Assembly: GCA_022706785.1 (NCBI GenBank)
Contig: JAKJBW010000002.1
Location: forward strand, 33,367-97,366
Source: Bacillota bacterium
GTDB taxonomy: Bacteria > Bacillota > Clostridia > UBA1381 > UMGS1253
Length of the DNA stretch: 64,000 bases
Reading direction: 5' to 3'
Shown here: positions 37,013-46,569 of the stretch, in pieces
How positions within the stretch are numbered: position 1 is the first letter of the stretch
How the letters are laid out: each line of letters opens with the position of its first letter
Program-made: the position numbers and the translations under genes
Notes under the pieces: generated by a model
Database searches by the model: none
What the model saw: the letters and a program-made list of their open reading frames with translations, nothing else
What the model was told of the DNA's origin: nothing

Positions 37013-39889
37013 ATGAAGCTTTTCAGAAGACTGCTTGCGGGATGCCTATCGGTTATGATGACGCTTGCTGTGACAACAACAAGCATAACGGCCGCATCTT
37101 TTTCGGATGTGGCGGACAACTCGCAGTATAAACAGGCAGTTGATTCGTTGGTATCTTTAGGACTGCTTGTGGGCTACGAAGACGGGACCTTCCGTCCGGA
37201 TGCCACAATCACCCGGGCCGAATTTGCTGCGGTTATGACAAGGGCAATGGGGCAGGAGGAGGTCGCTAAAAATGTTAACTCTGCCGGGCTGTTTACTGAT
37301 ATGGCAACAGCAAGCGGCGAGGCTCACTGGGCTACGGGTTACGTTCGTGTTGCTTATAATTTAGGTATCATTGTGGGAATGGGCGACGGCACCTTTGCTC
37401 CGGATGCGCCTGTTACATATGAGCAGGCTGTAAAAATGATCGTGTGCGCTCTTGGTTATGAACAGATGTGCATAGACAGAGGCGGTTGGCCGAACGGATA
37501 TTTGACGGTTGCCAACGAAATAGGCGTGACAAAGGCAGCTATTATCCAGCCTTCCACTGATCCCGCTCCCCGCGGTATGGTGGCAAAACTGCTGTATAAT
37601 TCACTCACGCTGCAAATTATGGAAAAAACCTCTTCGGGCAACTATGGTTTGACCGACAAAACGCTTTTGACTTCCAAAATAAAGACCACGGAACTCAAAA
37701 ATGCTATGGTTGTGGCAGTTGACGGGGTTGTTTCATTAAGTACCGAAGCCAATAGCCTGAGAGCAGGCGAGATGGTTTTGGAGGCATCGGGTGAAAGCGC
37801 TAAATATAAATACGGCAATGTTTTGACATCGGTTGCGGCAAAAAACCTGCTGGGTTATTATGTTAATGTTTACTATCGCTATGACGAAGATACCGATGAG
37901 CGCATTCTGGTGTCCATAGATTCTTCTCAGTCGAGGAACAAGGCAGTGGTCGTCAAATCCCAGGATATTGACGATTATTCACCGGCCGGCAGGATCCTGA
38001 GTTACTTTGAGAATGAAGATGACACCAAAGCCGAGGATATCACCATCGCTTCCAACGCTAAGTTCATATATAACGGCGCCGCGTTTGATTACGGCAAGGA
38101 CGAGAACTCAGCGAACATGAAGAATCTGTCCTACTGGCTTTCACCTTCCAGCGGCAGCTTTTTTGACGGGGAGGCAACCCTTCTGGATTCGGGCAGCGAC
38201 GGCGATATTGACGTTATCTTTATGTACGACTACCAGACATTTGTCGTCAAAGAGTCCGTCAGAACCACTGACACCGTTGACTCGAAAAATTATATTGTGA
38301 ATGACTATTACACCTCCGGCTATAATATCCGCTTAGACCCGAACGAAAGGGATGTCAGCCTGAGTATCATCAATGCCAGTAATAACGCCGAAATGAGTGT
38401 AAGCAGCCTGCAGGCGTATGATATCCTGTCTGTGGCCAAGAGCATGGATGGAAAAAGCATCACATGTTACGTGTCCAGAAAAACCATCAGCGGGACGATT
38501 AAAGAGATCCTTGACGATAGGGAAACTTACACGATAAACAACACCCAATATAAGCTTACGCCGGAGTTCCTGGCACTTGTTAAAGACGGTAAAGAGAACA
38601 TGACGCTCGGCATGTCGGCAACGTTTTATCTTGACCGTTCAGGCAGGATTGCCGCTACATCCAATGTATCCGCGCAGCAGGTTGGCAACTATGCTTATCT
38701 CGTGAACGTAACAGAAAAGTCAGGTGCTAACGGCGGCGTTTCCGTAAAGCTTATGCGGCTTGATACGCTTCAGGTTGAAACAAAGTCTGCAGCGGAGAAG
38801 ATAAAGATCAACGGAAATTCTATGAATTCCACTACCGATTCCCAAGGTATTTTAAATGCGATTGAGGCAGCTGCCGATAAGCTGGACTCCAATTCTGCAG
38901 ACGACGTAAGCTCGGCAACCTATACGCAGTTGGTGAGATATACACTCGATTCCAGTCAGAATATCAACGCTATCACCACCACAGATACTCTGACAGACGG
39001 GGCTCTGGACATGGGGAGCACGGCTAGCAAAACCGGGCTTAAGCTTATGCAGCAGGCGGCCAGCCTCACTTATGTCGACGCAAACAACTTTGCACACAAA
39101 ATAAGACTGAACAGTGATACAAAGATTATCTCAGTTCCCAATGACCGCAAACAGACGGGCGAGTACAAGATGCTGCAGGCATCGGCGTTTGAAGTGGGAA
39201 ACGCTTATTCAATTGAAGGCTACAACGTCGATGCGAACGCCGTGGCTACTGTGCTTTTGGTTTACGGCGGGGTGGATTCCTCCGGTATCAGTGCGGATAC
39301 GCCGTTATGTTTGGTTAAGGCTGTGGGAACCCAAAAGACAAGCGAACTTGATCCTGACGGCGGGGTTGTATACGAAATATCGGTGTATCAGGGCAACGAA
39401 TCGGGCCTGATCGATTATGAAACGGCGGATGCTAATGCCGGTTCAGCGTACAACCAGGTGAAGGTAGGCGATATCGTAAGATTCGGCTTTAATAATCTTG
39501 GTCAGATCAATGATGTTGAGGTAGTGCTTGATTCTGCGAACCGGGCTGCAAGCAAACACGCTGAGGGCGTATATGAAAGCACAGACCGGCTCAAGTGGAT
39601 GTTCGGCACAGTTAATACCAAGGCGCCTAACGGGGCTATACATCTTGCGCCGGCGTTGCTTGACACCACTGTAACTCCGCCTGTACTGAGCAACACGGAT
39701 CAGGCAGAATACTGGAATATACTCTCCAACACTAAGGTATATCAGGTTCAGCTAGGTTCTTCCAACCCCGTGACCGAATCGGACGATGGCAGTATCATCG
39801 CTTTTGACGGTAAAAACGCCAATGCTTCAACAGTGTTTGCGTATATGTATAAGAAAGAGCTCAAGATGATTGTCATCTATGTTAACTGA
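37013..39889 (+). CDS. SLH-domain cell-surface (S-layer-like) protein, paralog of 20024..23257
   Basis: Signal peptide. SLH repeats (FSDV..NSQYKQAVDSLVSLGLLVGYEDGTFRPDATITRAEFAAVM; HWATGYV). It shares blocks with the first protein (GNYAYLVN/GDYAYLVK, AEKIKING, C-terminal IYVN). AGGAGG RBS. Confidence 0.85.
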   Translation: MKLFRRLLAGCLSVMMTLAVTTTSITAASFSDVADNSQYKQAVDSLVSLGLLVGYEDGTFRPDATITRAEFAAVMTRAMGQEEVAKNVNSAGLFTDMATASGEAHWATGYVRVAYNLGIIVGMGDGTFAPDAPVTYEQAVKMIVCALGYEQMCIDRGGWPNGYLTVANEIGVTKAAIIQPSTDPAPRGMVAKLLYNSLTLQIMEKTSSGNYGLTDKTLLTSKIKTTELKNAMVVAVDGVVSLSTEANSLRAGEMVLEASGESAKYKYGNVLTSVAAKNLLGYYVNVYYRYDEDTDERILVSIDSSQSRNKAVVVKSQDIDDYSPAGRILSYFENEDDTKAEDITIASNAKFIYNGAAFDYGKDENSANMKNLSYWLSPSSGSFFDGEATLLDSGSDGDIDVIFMYDYQTFVVKESVRTTDTVDSKNYIVNDYYTSGYNIRLDPNERDVSLSIINASNNAEMSVSSLQAYDILSVAKSMDGKSITCYVSRKTISGTIKEILDDRETYTINNTQYKLTPEFLALVKDGKENMTLGMSATFYLDRSGRIAATSNVSAQQVGNYAYLVNVTEKSGANGGVSVKLMRLDTLQVETKSAAEKIKINGNSMNSTTDSQGILNAIEAAADKLDSNSADDVSSATYTQLVRYTLDSSQNINAITTTDTLTDGALDMGSTASKTGLKLMQQAASLTYVDANNFAHKIRLNSDTKIISVPNDRKQTGEYKMLQASAFEVGNAYSIEGYNVDANAVATVLLVYGGVDSSGISADTPLCLVKAVGTQKTSELDPDGGVVYEISVYQGNESGLIDYETADANAGSAYNQVKVGDIVRFGFNNLGQINDVEVVLDSANRAASKHAEGVYESTDRLKWMFGTVNTKAPNGAIHLAPALLDTTVTPPVLSNTDQAEYWNILSNTKVYQVQLGSSNPVTESDDGSIIAFDGKNANASTVFAYMYKKELKMIVIYVN

Positions 39890-39914
39890 TAACGTTTATA
39901 AGGCATAAAAGCGT

Positions 39915-39945
39915 AACAGGAGCGGGCAGGCTGCCCGCTCCTGTT
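39915..39945 (+). terminator. terminator hairpin after the SLH gene
   Basis: AACAGGAGCGGGCAG/CTGCCCGCTCCTGTT inverted repeat with a weak T tract. Confidence 0.6.
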
Positions 39946-40054
39946 GCTTTATAAACGCGAAAATATGTGCCGACCGACTGCGGATGGTAGTATAAACCCC
40001 CGCACATGTCTGGCGGGGGCCGGATTTATATTATGCGCGAAATAATATATCACA

Positions 40055-40693
40055 TTATTTGTATCTGTCCGCCAGTTCACCGTATATATCCTGCCAGGAA
40101 AGGCCGCGCTCGCACAGCATCACCGTAAGATGATACATCAGGTCGGCCACTTCGTACTGTATTTCGCCTTTATCGGCGTTTTTTGCCCCGATGATCACTT
40201 CGGCGGTTTCCTCGCCCACTTTTTTCAGTATCTTATCAATGCCTTTGTCAAACAGGTAATTGGTATATGAGCCTTCCTTGGGATTGTCTCGCCTGTTTTC
40301 CACCACTTTGTAAACGTCATTTAAAATGCCGGCGTCCGGCATATGGGTTGTGGCTATTGGCTTTAAAATCTGATCTTCCAGCCTTCTGAAAAAACAACTG
40401 GTATTGCCTGTGTGACAGGCAGGTCCGTCAGGCACCACGCGCAGCAGCAGGCAATCGGCGTCACAGTCGCACAGGATTTCGCGCACATGCAGAAAATTGC
40501 CGGAGGTTTCTCCCTTTACCCACAGCTTTTGGCGGCTGCGTGAATAGAACGTGGCCTTGCCGCTCTGAAGCGTTGCCTGTGCAGCCTCTTTATTCATATA
40601 TGCCACCATCAGCACACGTCCGCCGGCATAATCCTGCACTACAGCGGGTATCAGGCCCTTTTCATCAAACTTAAGCTCGTCTGTAAAATTCAT
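40055..40693 (-). CDS. hisI: bifunctional phosphoribosyl-AMP cyclohydrolase / phosphoribosyl-ATP pyrophosphatase
   Basis: HisI block [10 protein letters not shown]...C.CD.D.LL..V...GPACHTG..SCF, and a HisE-like C-terminus [16 protein letters not shown]...EVADLMYHL. Confidence 0.9.
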   Translation of the reverse strand: MNFTDELKFDEKGLIPAVVQDYAGGRVLMVAYMNKEAAQATLQSGKATFYSRSRQKLWVKGETSGNFLHVREILCDCDADCLLLRVVPDGPACHTGNTSCFFRRLEDQILKPIATTHMPDAGILNDVYKVVENRRDNPKEGSYTNYLFDKGIDKILKKVGEETAEVIIGAKNADKGEIQYEVADLMYHLTVMLCERGLSWQDIYGELADRYK

Positions 40694-40730
40694 GCTAAAA
40701 CCTTCCTCACTATTTTAAGTATTAACCGAC

Positions 40731-41444
40731 TCATCGCGCGGCGGCGATCGCTTCTTTTAGATCAATGTTATGGGTATAGAGCGCCTTACCTACAATAACG
40801 CCCTCCACCCCTGTTGTTTTAAGCGCCGTGATATCTTCAAGCGAGCCGACGCCGCCTGAGGCGATGATGCCGGCGTCTACGCTTTGCGCCATATGCGCCA
40901 TAGCCTGTGTGTTGGGGCCTGAAAGCATGCCGTCTGTGGCAATGTCTGTGTATATGATGGTCTGCACGCCAAGCGCTGCCATCTCGCCCGCAAACGCCAC
41001 AGCCTGCCTGCCGCTCACACGCTCCCAGCCGTGTGTTGCCACATAACCGTCTTTGGCATCTATGCCCACGGCGATTTTACTGCCGTAACGTTCTATAGCC
41101 TGAGCCACCAGATCGGGCTCGGAAACGGCAACAGTACCGAGGATGACGCGGCTGACCCCCCAGGCCAGGCGTTTTTCGATGTCTGCCATGCTGCGGATGC
41201 CGCCGCCAGTCTGCACGGGAATGTCTGCGGCGGCACAGATGGCGGCAATCGCGTCGCCGCTCATGCCCTTCCCTTTAAGCGCCCCGTCCAAATCCACGAT
41301 ATGGAGATATTCTGCGCCTAAACTGCGCCATTTTCTGGCCATTTGCACAGGATCGTCACCGTAAACGCTGACAGCATCAAACCTTCCCTGAACTAAACGC
41401 ACGCATTTGCCGTCTTTAATATCAATTGCCGGATAAAGTCTAAT
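40731..41444 (-). CDS. hisA: ProFAR isomerase HisA (apparent ATT start)
   Basis: The conserved N-terminus (I)[19 protein letters not shown] is encoded upstream of the first GTG. The frame is closed by TAG at 41450..41448, leaving only ATT 41444 as a plausible initiator, preceded by GAAGGGGG. Confidence 0.8.
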   Translation of the reverse strand: MRLYPAIDIKDGKCVRLVQGRFDAVSVYGDDPVQMARKWRSLGAEYLHIVDLDGALKGKGMSGDAIAAICAAADIPVQTGGGIRSMADIEKRLAWGVSRVILGTVAVSEPDLVAQAIERYGSKIAVGIDAKDGYVATHGWERVSGRQAVAFAGEMAALGVQTIIYTDIATDGMLSGPNTQAMAHMAQSVDAGIIASGGVGSLEDITALKTTGVEGVIVGKALYTHNIDLKEAIAAAR

Positions 41445-42093
41445 TTTCTACGCCCCCTTCGGCTAAAACGCCTTTAAGCTTTTGCACGATATCCAATATT
41501 CTTTCGCGTTCCATCTTCATGCTTACCCGGTTGACCACAAACCGTGCCGAAATATCGCAAATGGTTTCAAGCACGTCAAGGCCGTTTTCCCGTAAGGTTT
41601 TGCCGGTTTCCACAATATCCACAATAACCTCCGAGAGGCCGACAAGCGGCGCCAGCTCAACAGAGCCTTGCAAGGTTATGATCTCCACCGTGCGGCCCTT
41701 CTCGTTAAAGAAATAGCTGCGGGCTACGTTGGTAAATTTCGACGCGACACGAAGGTCGTTGATGCTGTCAAGCTTATCCTTCATTGCAAGCGGCCCGCAC
41801 ACGCACATGCGGCACTGGCCGAAGCCCAGGTCGATCATTTCATAGAGGTTGCGGCCTTCCTGCAGGAGCGTGTCTTTGCCCACAATGCCGATATCCGCCG
41901 CACCATATTCCACATAAGTCGGGACATCCGCCGCTTTAACCAGAATAAACTTGATTTTATTTTTTTCGTCCGCAAAGATCAGCTTTCGGGTTTTTTCCTT
42001 CATTTCGGAACAGTCAAGGCCTATTTTCAGAAATAAATCCATAGATATTTCCGCCAGCCGTCCTTTTGCCAGGGCGATTGTGAGGTACTTCAC
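41440..42093 (-). CDS. hisG: ATP phosphoribosyltransferase, short form
   Basis: 217 aa. [29 protein letters not shown] and [13 protein letters not shown] are present. Confidence 0.9.
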   Translation of the reverse strand: MKYLTIALAKGRLAEISMDLFLKIGLDCSEMKEKTRKLIFADEKNKIKFILVKAADVPTYVEYGAADIGIVGKDTLLQEGRNLYEMIDLGFGQCRMCVCGPLAMKDKLDSINDLRVASKFTNVARSYFFNEKGRTVEIITLQGSVELAPLVGLSEVIVDIVETGKTLRENGLDVLETICDISARFVVNRVSMKMERERILDIVQKLKGVLAEGGVEN

Positions 42094-43349
42094 AGCAGGT
42101 CACCCCCTTCAAGCTCTGCCGCGGTAATGATACGCCTGCGGCCGTCACAGTACAGCATCTGCAGGCTGCCGCCGGGCAATGGCGCCGCAACAGCGCCGAT
42201 ACCGTGTGCATTTGCATAGGCCAGGGCCGCTTCGGTATCCCCCTCGCCCAGATAATTTTCCACAATCAGCCCTGCCCTGCGCAGCTTTTGGCCGGTATCG
42301 TAGGATGCGGCGTTTGCCGTGTCTGTCCAGAGCAGAATATGCGTTATGGGAGAGGCGAGCGGCTTTTTTTGTCTCTGCATGGCGGCCAGTACACGGTTGA
42401 CGCTTATCGCCAGGCCGACGGCTGCCATATCCGCGCCGAAATTCTCTATCAATGCATCATATCGGCCGCCGCCGCAGATGGCGAAGCCTACGCCGTAAGT
42501 AAAGCCCTTGAATATCACGCCTGTGTAGTAGTCGATGCTTTGCAGCATACCGAGATCCAGCGAAATGTACGTTTCCAGTCCGCAACCCTTTATGATATCA
42601 TACACCTGTCTTAGATTGCTTAGCGCCGAGCGCGACAAGGCGTTTAATCGCGGTGAATCCGCGCACGACAATACCTCTTCGCCGCCGAACAAATCGGGAA
42701 TGCTTAGCATCAGGTCTTTTATTTCGCTGTCCGCACTGTATTTTGCAATTACCTCTGCAATGCCCACCGAATCCTTATGGTCGATCAGCGTACACATTTT
42801 TTCGGTATCTTCGGCACTAAGGCCGATCTGACCGGCAAGCCCCTTAAAAAAGCTTACTTGCCCGATATCGATTTGAAATTCGCTTATGCCGGCGTCCAGC
42901 AAAGCCGTAATGGCCACAATAATGATCTCAGCATCCGCCGCCGCGCCCCCTGCGCCGATAAGCTCAATGCCCGCCTGCGTAAATTCGGAAGGCAAGGAAG
43001 AAGACGAGCCGTTATAGCGGAAGGCCTCCGCCACATAGCAAAGCCGAGCAGGCAAAGGCGCAGCGCCCCACTTGGTACCCATCATCCGGGCGATTGAGGT
43101 GGTGATATCGCCTCTGAGCGCCAGAATACGTCCCTGAGGGTCAAAAAACTTAAACAGCTTTTCCGAGGAAATATCGCCGGAGGCTGCCGCATAGATGTCA
43201 TGATATTCGATCACGGGCGTCTGTACGCGGCGGTAGCCATAGCTGTAAAATGTCGTTTGCAGCGATTGTTCTATTTGGTTTTTTGCCATGCACTCGTCAG
43301 GCAGGTAATCTGTGACCCCTTCGGGGGTATGGCATTTGTAATCCGGCAT
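42090..43349 (-). CDS. hisZ: ATP phosphoribosyltransferase regulatory subunit (HisRS-like)
   Basis: It has the class II aaRS-like fold without an anticodon-binding role in context (P.G..D.LP....., RYNG, GGGRYD). It overlaps the hisG start by 4 nt. Confidence 0.85.
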   Translation of the reverse strand: MPDYKCHTPEGVTDYLPDECMAKNQIEQSLQTTFYSYGYRRVQTPVIEYHDIYAAASGDISSEKLFKFFDPQGRILALRGDITTSIARMMGTKWGAAPLPARLCYVAEAFRYNGSSSSLPSEFTQAGIELIGAGGAAADAEIIIVAITALLDAGISEFQIDIGQVSFFKGLAGQIGLSAEDTEKMCTLIDHKDSVGIAEVIAKYSADSEIKDLMLSIPDLFGGEEVLSCADSPRLNALSRSALSNLRQVYDIIKGCGLETYISLDLGMLQSIDYYTGVIFKGFTYGVGFAICGGGRYDALIENFGADMAAVGLAISVNRVLAAMQRQKKPLASPITHILLWTDTANAASYDTGQKLRRAGLIVENYLGEGDTEAALAYANAHGIGAVAAPLPGGSLQMLYCDGRRRIITAAELEGGDLL

Positions 43350-43469
43350 GTTCTCACTTCCTCATAATAGTCTCGATAAAAATCTATCATCCTAATAATC
43401 ATTCTGTTCCAAACTAATCGCGGCAAAAGGCCGGACGAACATCTGTCTGTGCAGCCAAACAACAAAACC

Positions 43470-43498
43470 ATTATAGGCTAAAAGCCCGTCTGTGTCAA
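43470..43498 (-). promoter_or_regulatory. sigma-A-type promoter of hisZ-G-A-IE
   Basis: On the minus strand: TTGACA, 17-nt spacer, TATAAT, about 115 nt upstream of the hisZ ATG. Confidence 0.65.
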
Positions 43499-43520
43499 GC
43501 AAGCCTGCGGCAGGTGCCAC

Positions 43521-43808
43521 GGCTGACGCATACCGATAAAGAGCAAAACCTTACTTTCTTTTTCTATCGCAAAAAGAAAGCAACAAGGGTGTGGGTTCCA
43601 ATAGGCGAAGCGCACAAAAGTGAGAAGTTTTTTCGCCAGGCGAGGCGGAAGGAAGCGCAAATACTTTGTGTATTTAAGCTTTCGCAGGCGAAGCATGACG
43701 GAAAAACGGCCGCTTAGGGGCGTTTTGCCTATTGGAATCCGCACCCTAGGGAAAAAAGTGCTCATACGATTAGAATTTCGCCGTCTGCGGACGGCAATTT
43801 GTGCGCCC
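43521..43808 (-). repeat. promoter-proximal composite repeat, copy A (with nested palindrome)
   Basis: It shares GGCTGACG(C/T)AT, CAAAACCTTACTTTCTTTTT-N-AAAAAGAAAG and TTTCGCCGTCTGCGGACGGC blocks with 58515..58629 (reverse) and 63320..63438. Confidence 0.75.
43587..43746 (+). repeat. 160-bp palindromic insertion inside repeat copy A
   Basis: The arms GGGTGTGGGTTCCAATAGGCGAAGCGC (43587..43613) and GCGTTTTGCCTATTGGAATCCGCACCC (43720..43746) are inverted repeats. All four mismatches would be G-U pairs in a plus-strand RNA. Confidence 0.7.
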
Positions 43809-43976
43809 AGCCCTTCCCACATCCCCGATTCTTATCCTATAGGCAGTTACGCTAAAATTAGGATACCGGGCGAAAGACTAAAATGACCGTTAAGCTATTT
43901 GCGCAGGTGCATGCGGGCGCTGCCCGCTTTAAAAAAGTCCCGCCAAAACTTTGTCTTTTTGCTGCGCAAAAAGTTT

Positions 43977-45425
43977 CTAGCTTAGCTTTTGTATGGCTTT
44001 TTTCAGTCTTTTTATGCTTTCGTCCTTGCCCAGCAGGGCCGCAAGCTCCACGCCGCCGCCCGGCGTAAACTTTTTGCCCGACATAGCCACGCGCAGCGGG
44101 AACAAAATCTGTCCGTTTTTTACACCCATCTGCTCAATAAGCGCGGACAGCGCGTCGTGAAGCTGCGCCTGATCCCACTCGCCAATGCGTTCCATGACGG
44201 GCAAAACAGCCTCAAGCGCCGATTTTGACGACTCGGCAGTGGTTTTCATCTTTTTATTGACATACAGCTCATTGTCATATTCCGGCAGTGCATCAATAAA
44301 GTCAACCGCTTCGGGGATATCCGAAAACTTTTCAGTGCGGTCGTGCAAAAGTGCACTCAGCGCATTATAATTCACCTCACGTTTTACCGCCTCACGGTAA
44401 TACGGCATGGCCATGGCGGTGAATTCATCTAAAGACAGCTTTCGAATATATTCGCCGTTCATCCAGTTTAGCTTGTTGATATCAAAAATAGCGGGCGACT
44501 TGCTGATGCCGGAAATATCGAAAAGCGCGGCCAGCTCGTCCAAAGTAAAAATATCCTGCTCAAGTCCCGGGCTCCAGCCCAAAAGCGCAATATAATTGAT
44601 GATGGCATCCTTCAAATAGCCCTTGCCTATAAAATCTTCATAGGAAGCATCGCCTTCACGCTTAGAAAGCTTTCTGCCCGCTTCCTTCATCACAGGCGAC
44701 ACATGGATATACACAGGCAGCGCCCAGCCAAAAGCTTGATAAAGCAGATTGTACTTGGGCGTTGAGGAAAGATATTCACTGCCGCGTATCACATGCGTGA
44801 TATGCATCAGGTGATCGTCTACCACATTGGCGAAATTATAGGTGGGCAGCCCGTCTGATTTTAGCAGGACATTGTCGTCCAGCGTAGCGTTGTCCACTGT
44901 GATATCGCCAAACACCTCGTCGTGAAAGGAGGTCGTCCCTTCCCGCGGGATCTTCTGGCGTATGACATACGGGACACCGGCGGCAAGCTTTGCTTCCACC
45001 TCTTCTGCAGAAAGACGCGAGCAGTGCCCGTCGTACTTGGGCGGCACCTTGGACGCTTCCTGAACGGCACGCAGCTGGTCAAGCCTTTCCTTATCGCAAA
45101 AGCAGTAATACGCACCGCCGCGCTCCACCAGGTCCTTTGCGTACTTGGCATAAATGTTGCGGCGCTGGCTTTGGATATAAGAGCCGTAATCCCCGCCGAT
45201 ATCGGGGCCTTCATCGTGCGTCAGGCCGGTGTCGGCAAGCGTTTTATAGATCAGCTCCACCGCCCCTTCCACATAGCGTTCCTGATCGGTATCCTCTATT
45301 CTTAAAACAAACTCGCCGCCGTTTTTGCGTGCCAGAAGCCACGCATAAAGCGCGGTGCGCAAATTTCCGATGTGCATATACCCTGTAGGACTTGGGGCAA
45401 ACCTTGTCCTGACCTTATTGGCCAT
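43977..45425 (-). CDS. gltX: glutamate--tRNA ligase
   Basis: HIGH-type motif [11 protein letters not shown] and KMSKS-type KLSKR are present. Confidence 0.95.
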   Translation of the reverse strand: MANKVRTRFAPSPTGYMHIGNLRTALYAWLLARKNGGEFVLRIEDTDQERYVEGAVELIYKTLADTGLTHDEGPDIGGDYGSYIQSQRRNIYAKYAKDLVERGGAYYCFCDKERLDQLRAVQEASKVPPKYDGHCSRLSAEEVEAKLAAGVPYVIRQKIPREGTTSFHDEVFGDITVDNATLDDNVLLKSDGLPTYNFANVVDDHLMHITHVIRGSEYLSSTPKYNLLYQAFGWALPVYIHVSPVMKEAGRKLSKREGDASYEDFIGKGYLKDAIINYIALLGWSPGLEQDIFTLDELAALFDISGISKSPAIFDINKLNWMNGEYIRKLSLDEFTAMAMPYYREAVKREVNYNALSALLHDRTEKFSDIPEAVDFIDALPEYDNELYVNKKMKTTAESSKSALEAVLPVMERIGEWDQAQLHDALSALIEQMGVKNGQILFPLRVAMSGKKFTPGGGVELAALLGKDESIKRLKKAIQKLS

Positions 45426-45523
45426 GATTTTTCCTCCTCATTATGCATAATAAAGCTTTGTCTCCTGTTTTGGCACAATTCATGCAATCAAACATGACAT
45501 AGCATTTGTACCCGGCGTTTCTT

Positions 45524-46420
45524 TTATTTATGTTTTAACACAGCCTGCTTGATGGCTTTGATATGCTCAGGCGTAGTTCCGCAGCAGCCGCCAATGATAT
45601 TTGCGCCCGCTTTGATCAGATCCCCTGTCTTTGCCGCCATCATTTCGGGTGTTTCGGGGAAAACGTCTGTGCCGTCAATATTTTGCGGCAGTCCCGCGTT
45701 TGCGTGAACCAGAATCGGCGCCGTCGGTACAGCACTTCTGATTTCCTTAACAATGTCTATCATCCCGTCAATGCCGTTTCCGCAGTTTGCGCCAATAATA
45801 TCAGCGCCGGCCTCCAAAGCAGCCGCCGCGGCGTCTGCAGGCGAAACGCCCATCATGGTCCTGTAATCGCCCCGAACCGTCTTTTCAAACGTAAAGGTAC
45901 AAATGATTTCGCAAGCCGTGTTTTCCTTTGCGGCTTTAACGGCAATGGCTGCCTCATCCATATCGCTCATGGTTTCTATGCAAACGGCGTCCGCACCGCC
46001 CTTTTCTAGCGCGACAACCTGCTCTTTGAAAGCGTCATACAGTTCTGCTTCGGTGACTTCTTCTGTTATCAGCATTTTTCCGGTAGGCCCCACAGAGGCG
46101 ATCACCCATTTGTCGTCGCCCGCCGCTGCCCGCGACGCCCTTGCAGCAGCCTCATTGATTTCGGCTGCCCGACCGGAAAGGCCGAAATATTCAAGCTTAT
46201 AGCGCGTCCCGCCAAAGCTGTTTGTTTCCACCATATCCGCGCCTGCGTCAATATAGCTTTTGGCAATGTCTATCACATCCTGTGGACTGTCTGCGCACCA
46301 AAGCTCGGGGCACTCCCCGGGCTTTAAGCCCTTTTTATGCAGAAAGGTGCCCCACGCACCGTCGGATACCAAAATCCTCCCGCTTTTTAAAACATCAACA
46401 ATTTTTGGTCTTAACATCAT
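45524..46420 (-). CDS. homocysteine S-methyltransferase-domain protein
   Basis: DGAWGT, ETNSFG and the C-terminal GGCCGTTPEHI zinc-binding motif of the Hcy-binding domain are present. The start is set at MMLRPK with an AAGAGGA RBS. Confidence 0.75.
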   Translation of the reverse strand: MMLRPKIVDVLKSGRILVSDGAWGTFLHKKGLKPGECPELWCADSPQDVIDIAKSYIDAGADMVETNSFGGTRYKLEYFGLSGRAAEINEAAARASRAAAGDDKWVIASVGPTGKMLITEEVTEAELYDAFKEQVVALEKGGADAVCIETMSDMDEAAIAVKAAKENTACEIICTFTFEKTVRGDYRTMMGVSPADAAAAALEAGADIIGANCGNGIDGMIDIVKEIRSAVPTAPILVHANAGLPQNIDGTDVFPETPEMMAAKTGDLIKAGANIIGGCCGTTPEHIKAIKQAVLKHK

Positions 46421-46569
46421 ACATTCCTCTTTTCCATGGCTGATGAGCACAACAGCTTTCACCCTTGCACAAGCAGGGCATATCCTGTTTTAAGCAATAT
46501 GGTCATCTGCCCGTAAATATCTGTTTACTAGGTAGTATTGTACTATATTTTCAAAACAAAGCAATATGT

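Noticed and set aside
43478-44068. Several 60-115-aa ORFs on both strands between hisZ and gltX.
   Set aside because: They fall on the composite repeat and palindrome or overlap the gltX 3' end. They lack RBSs and have basic, low-complexity translations typical of repeat DNA.
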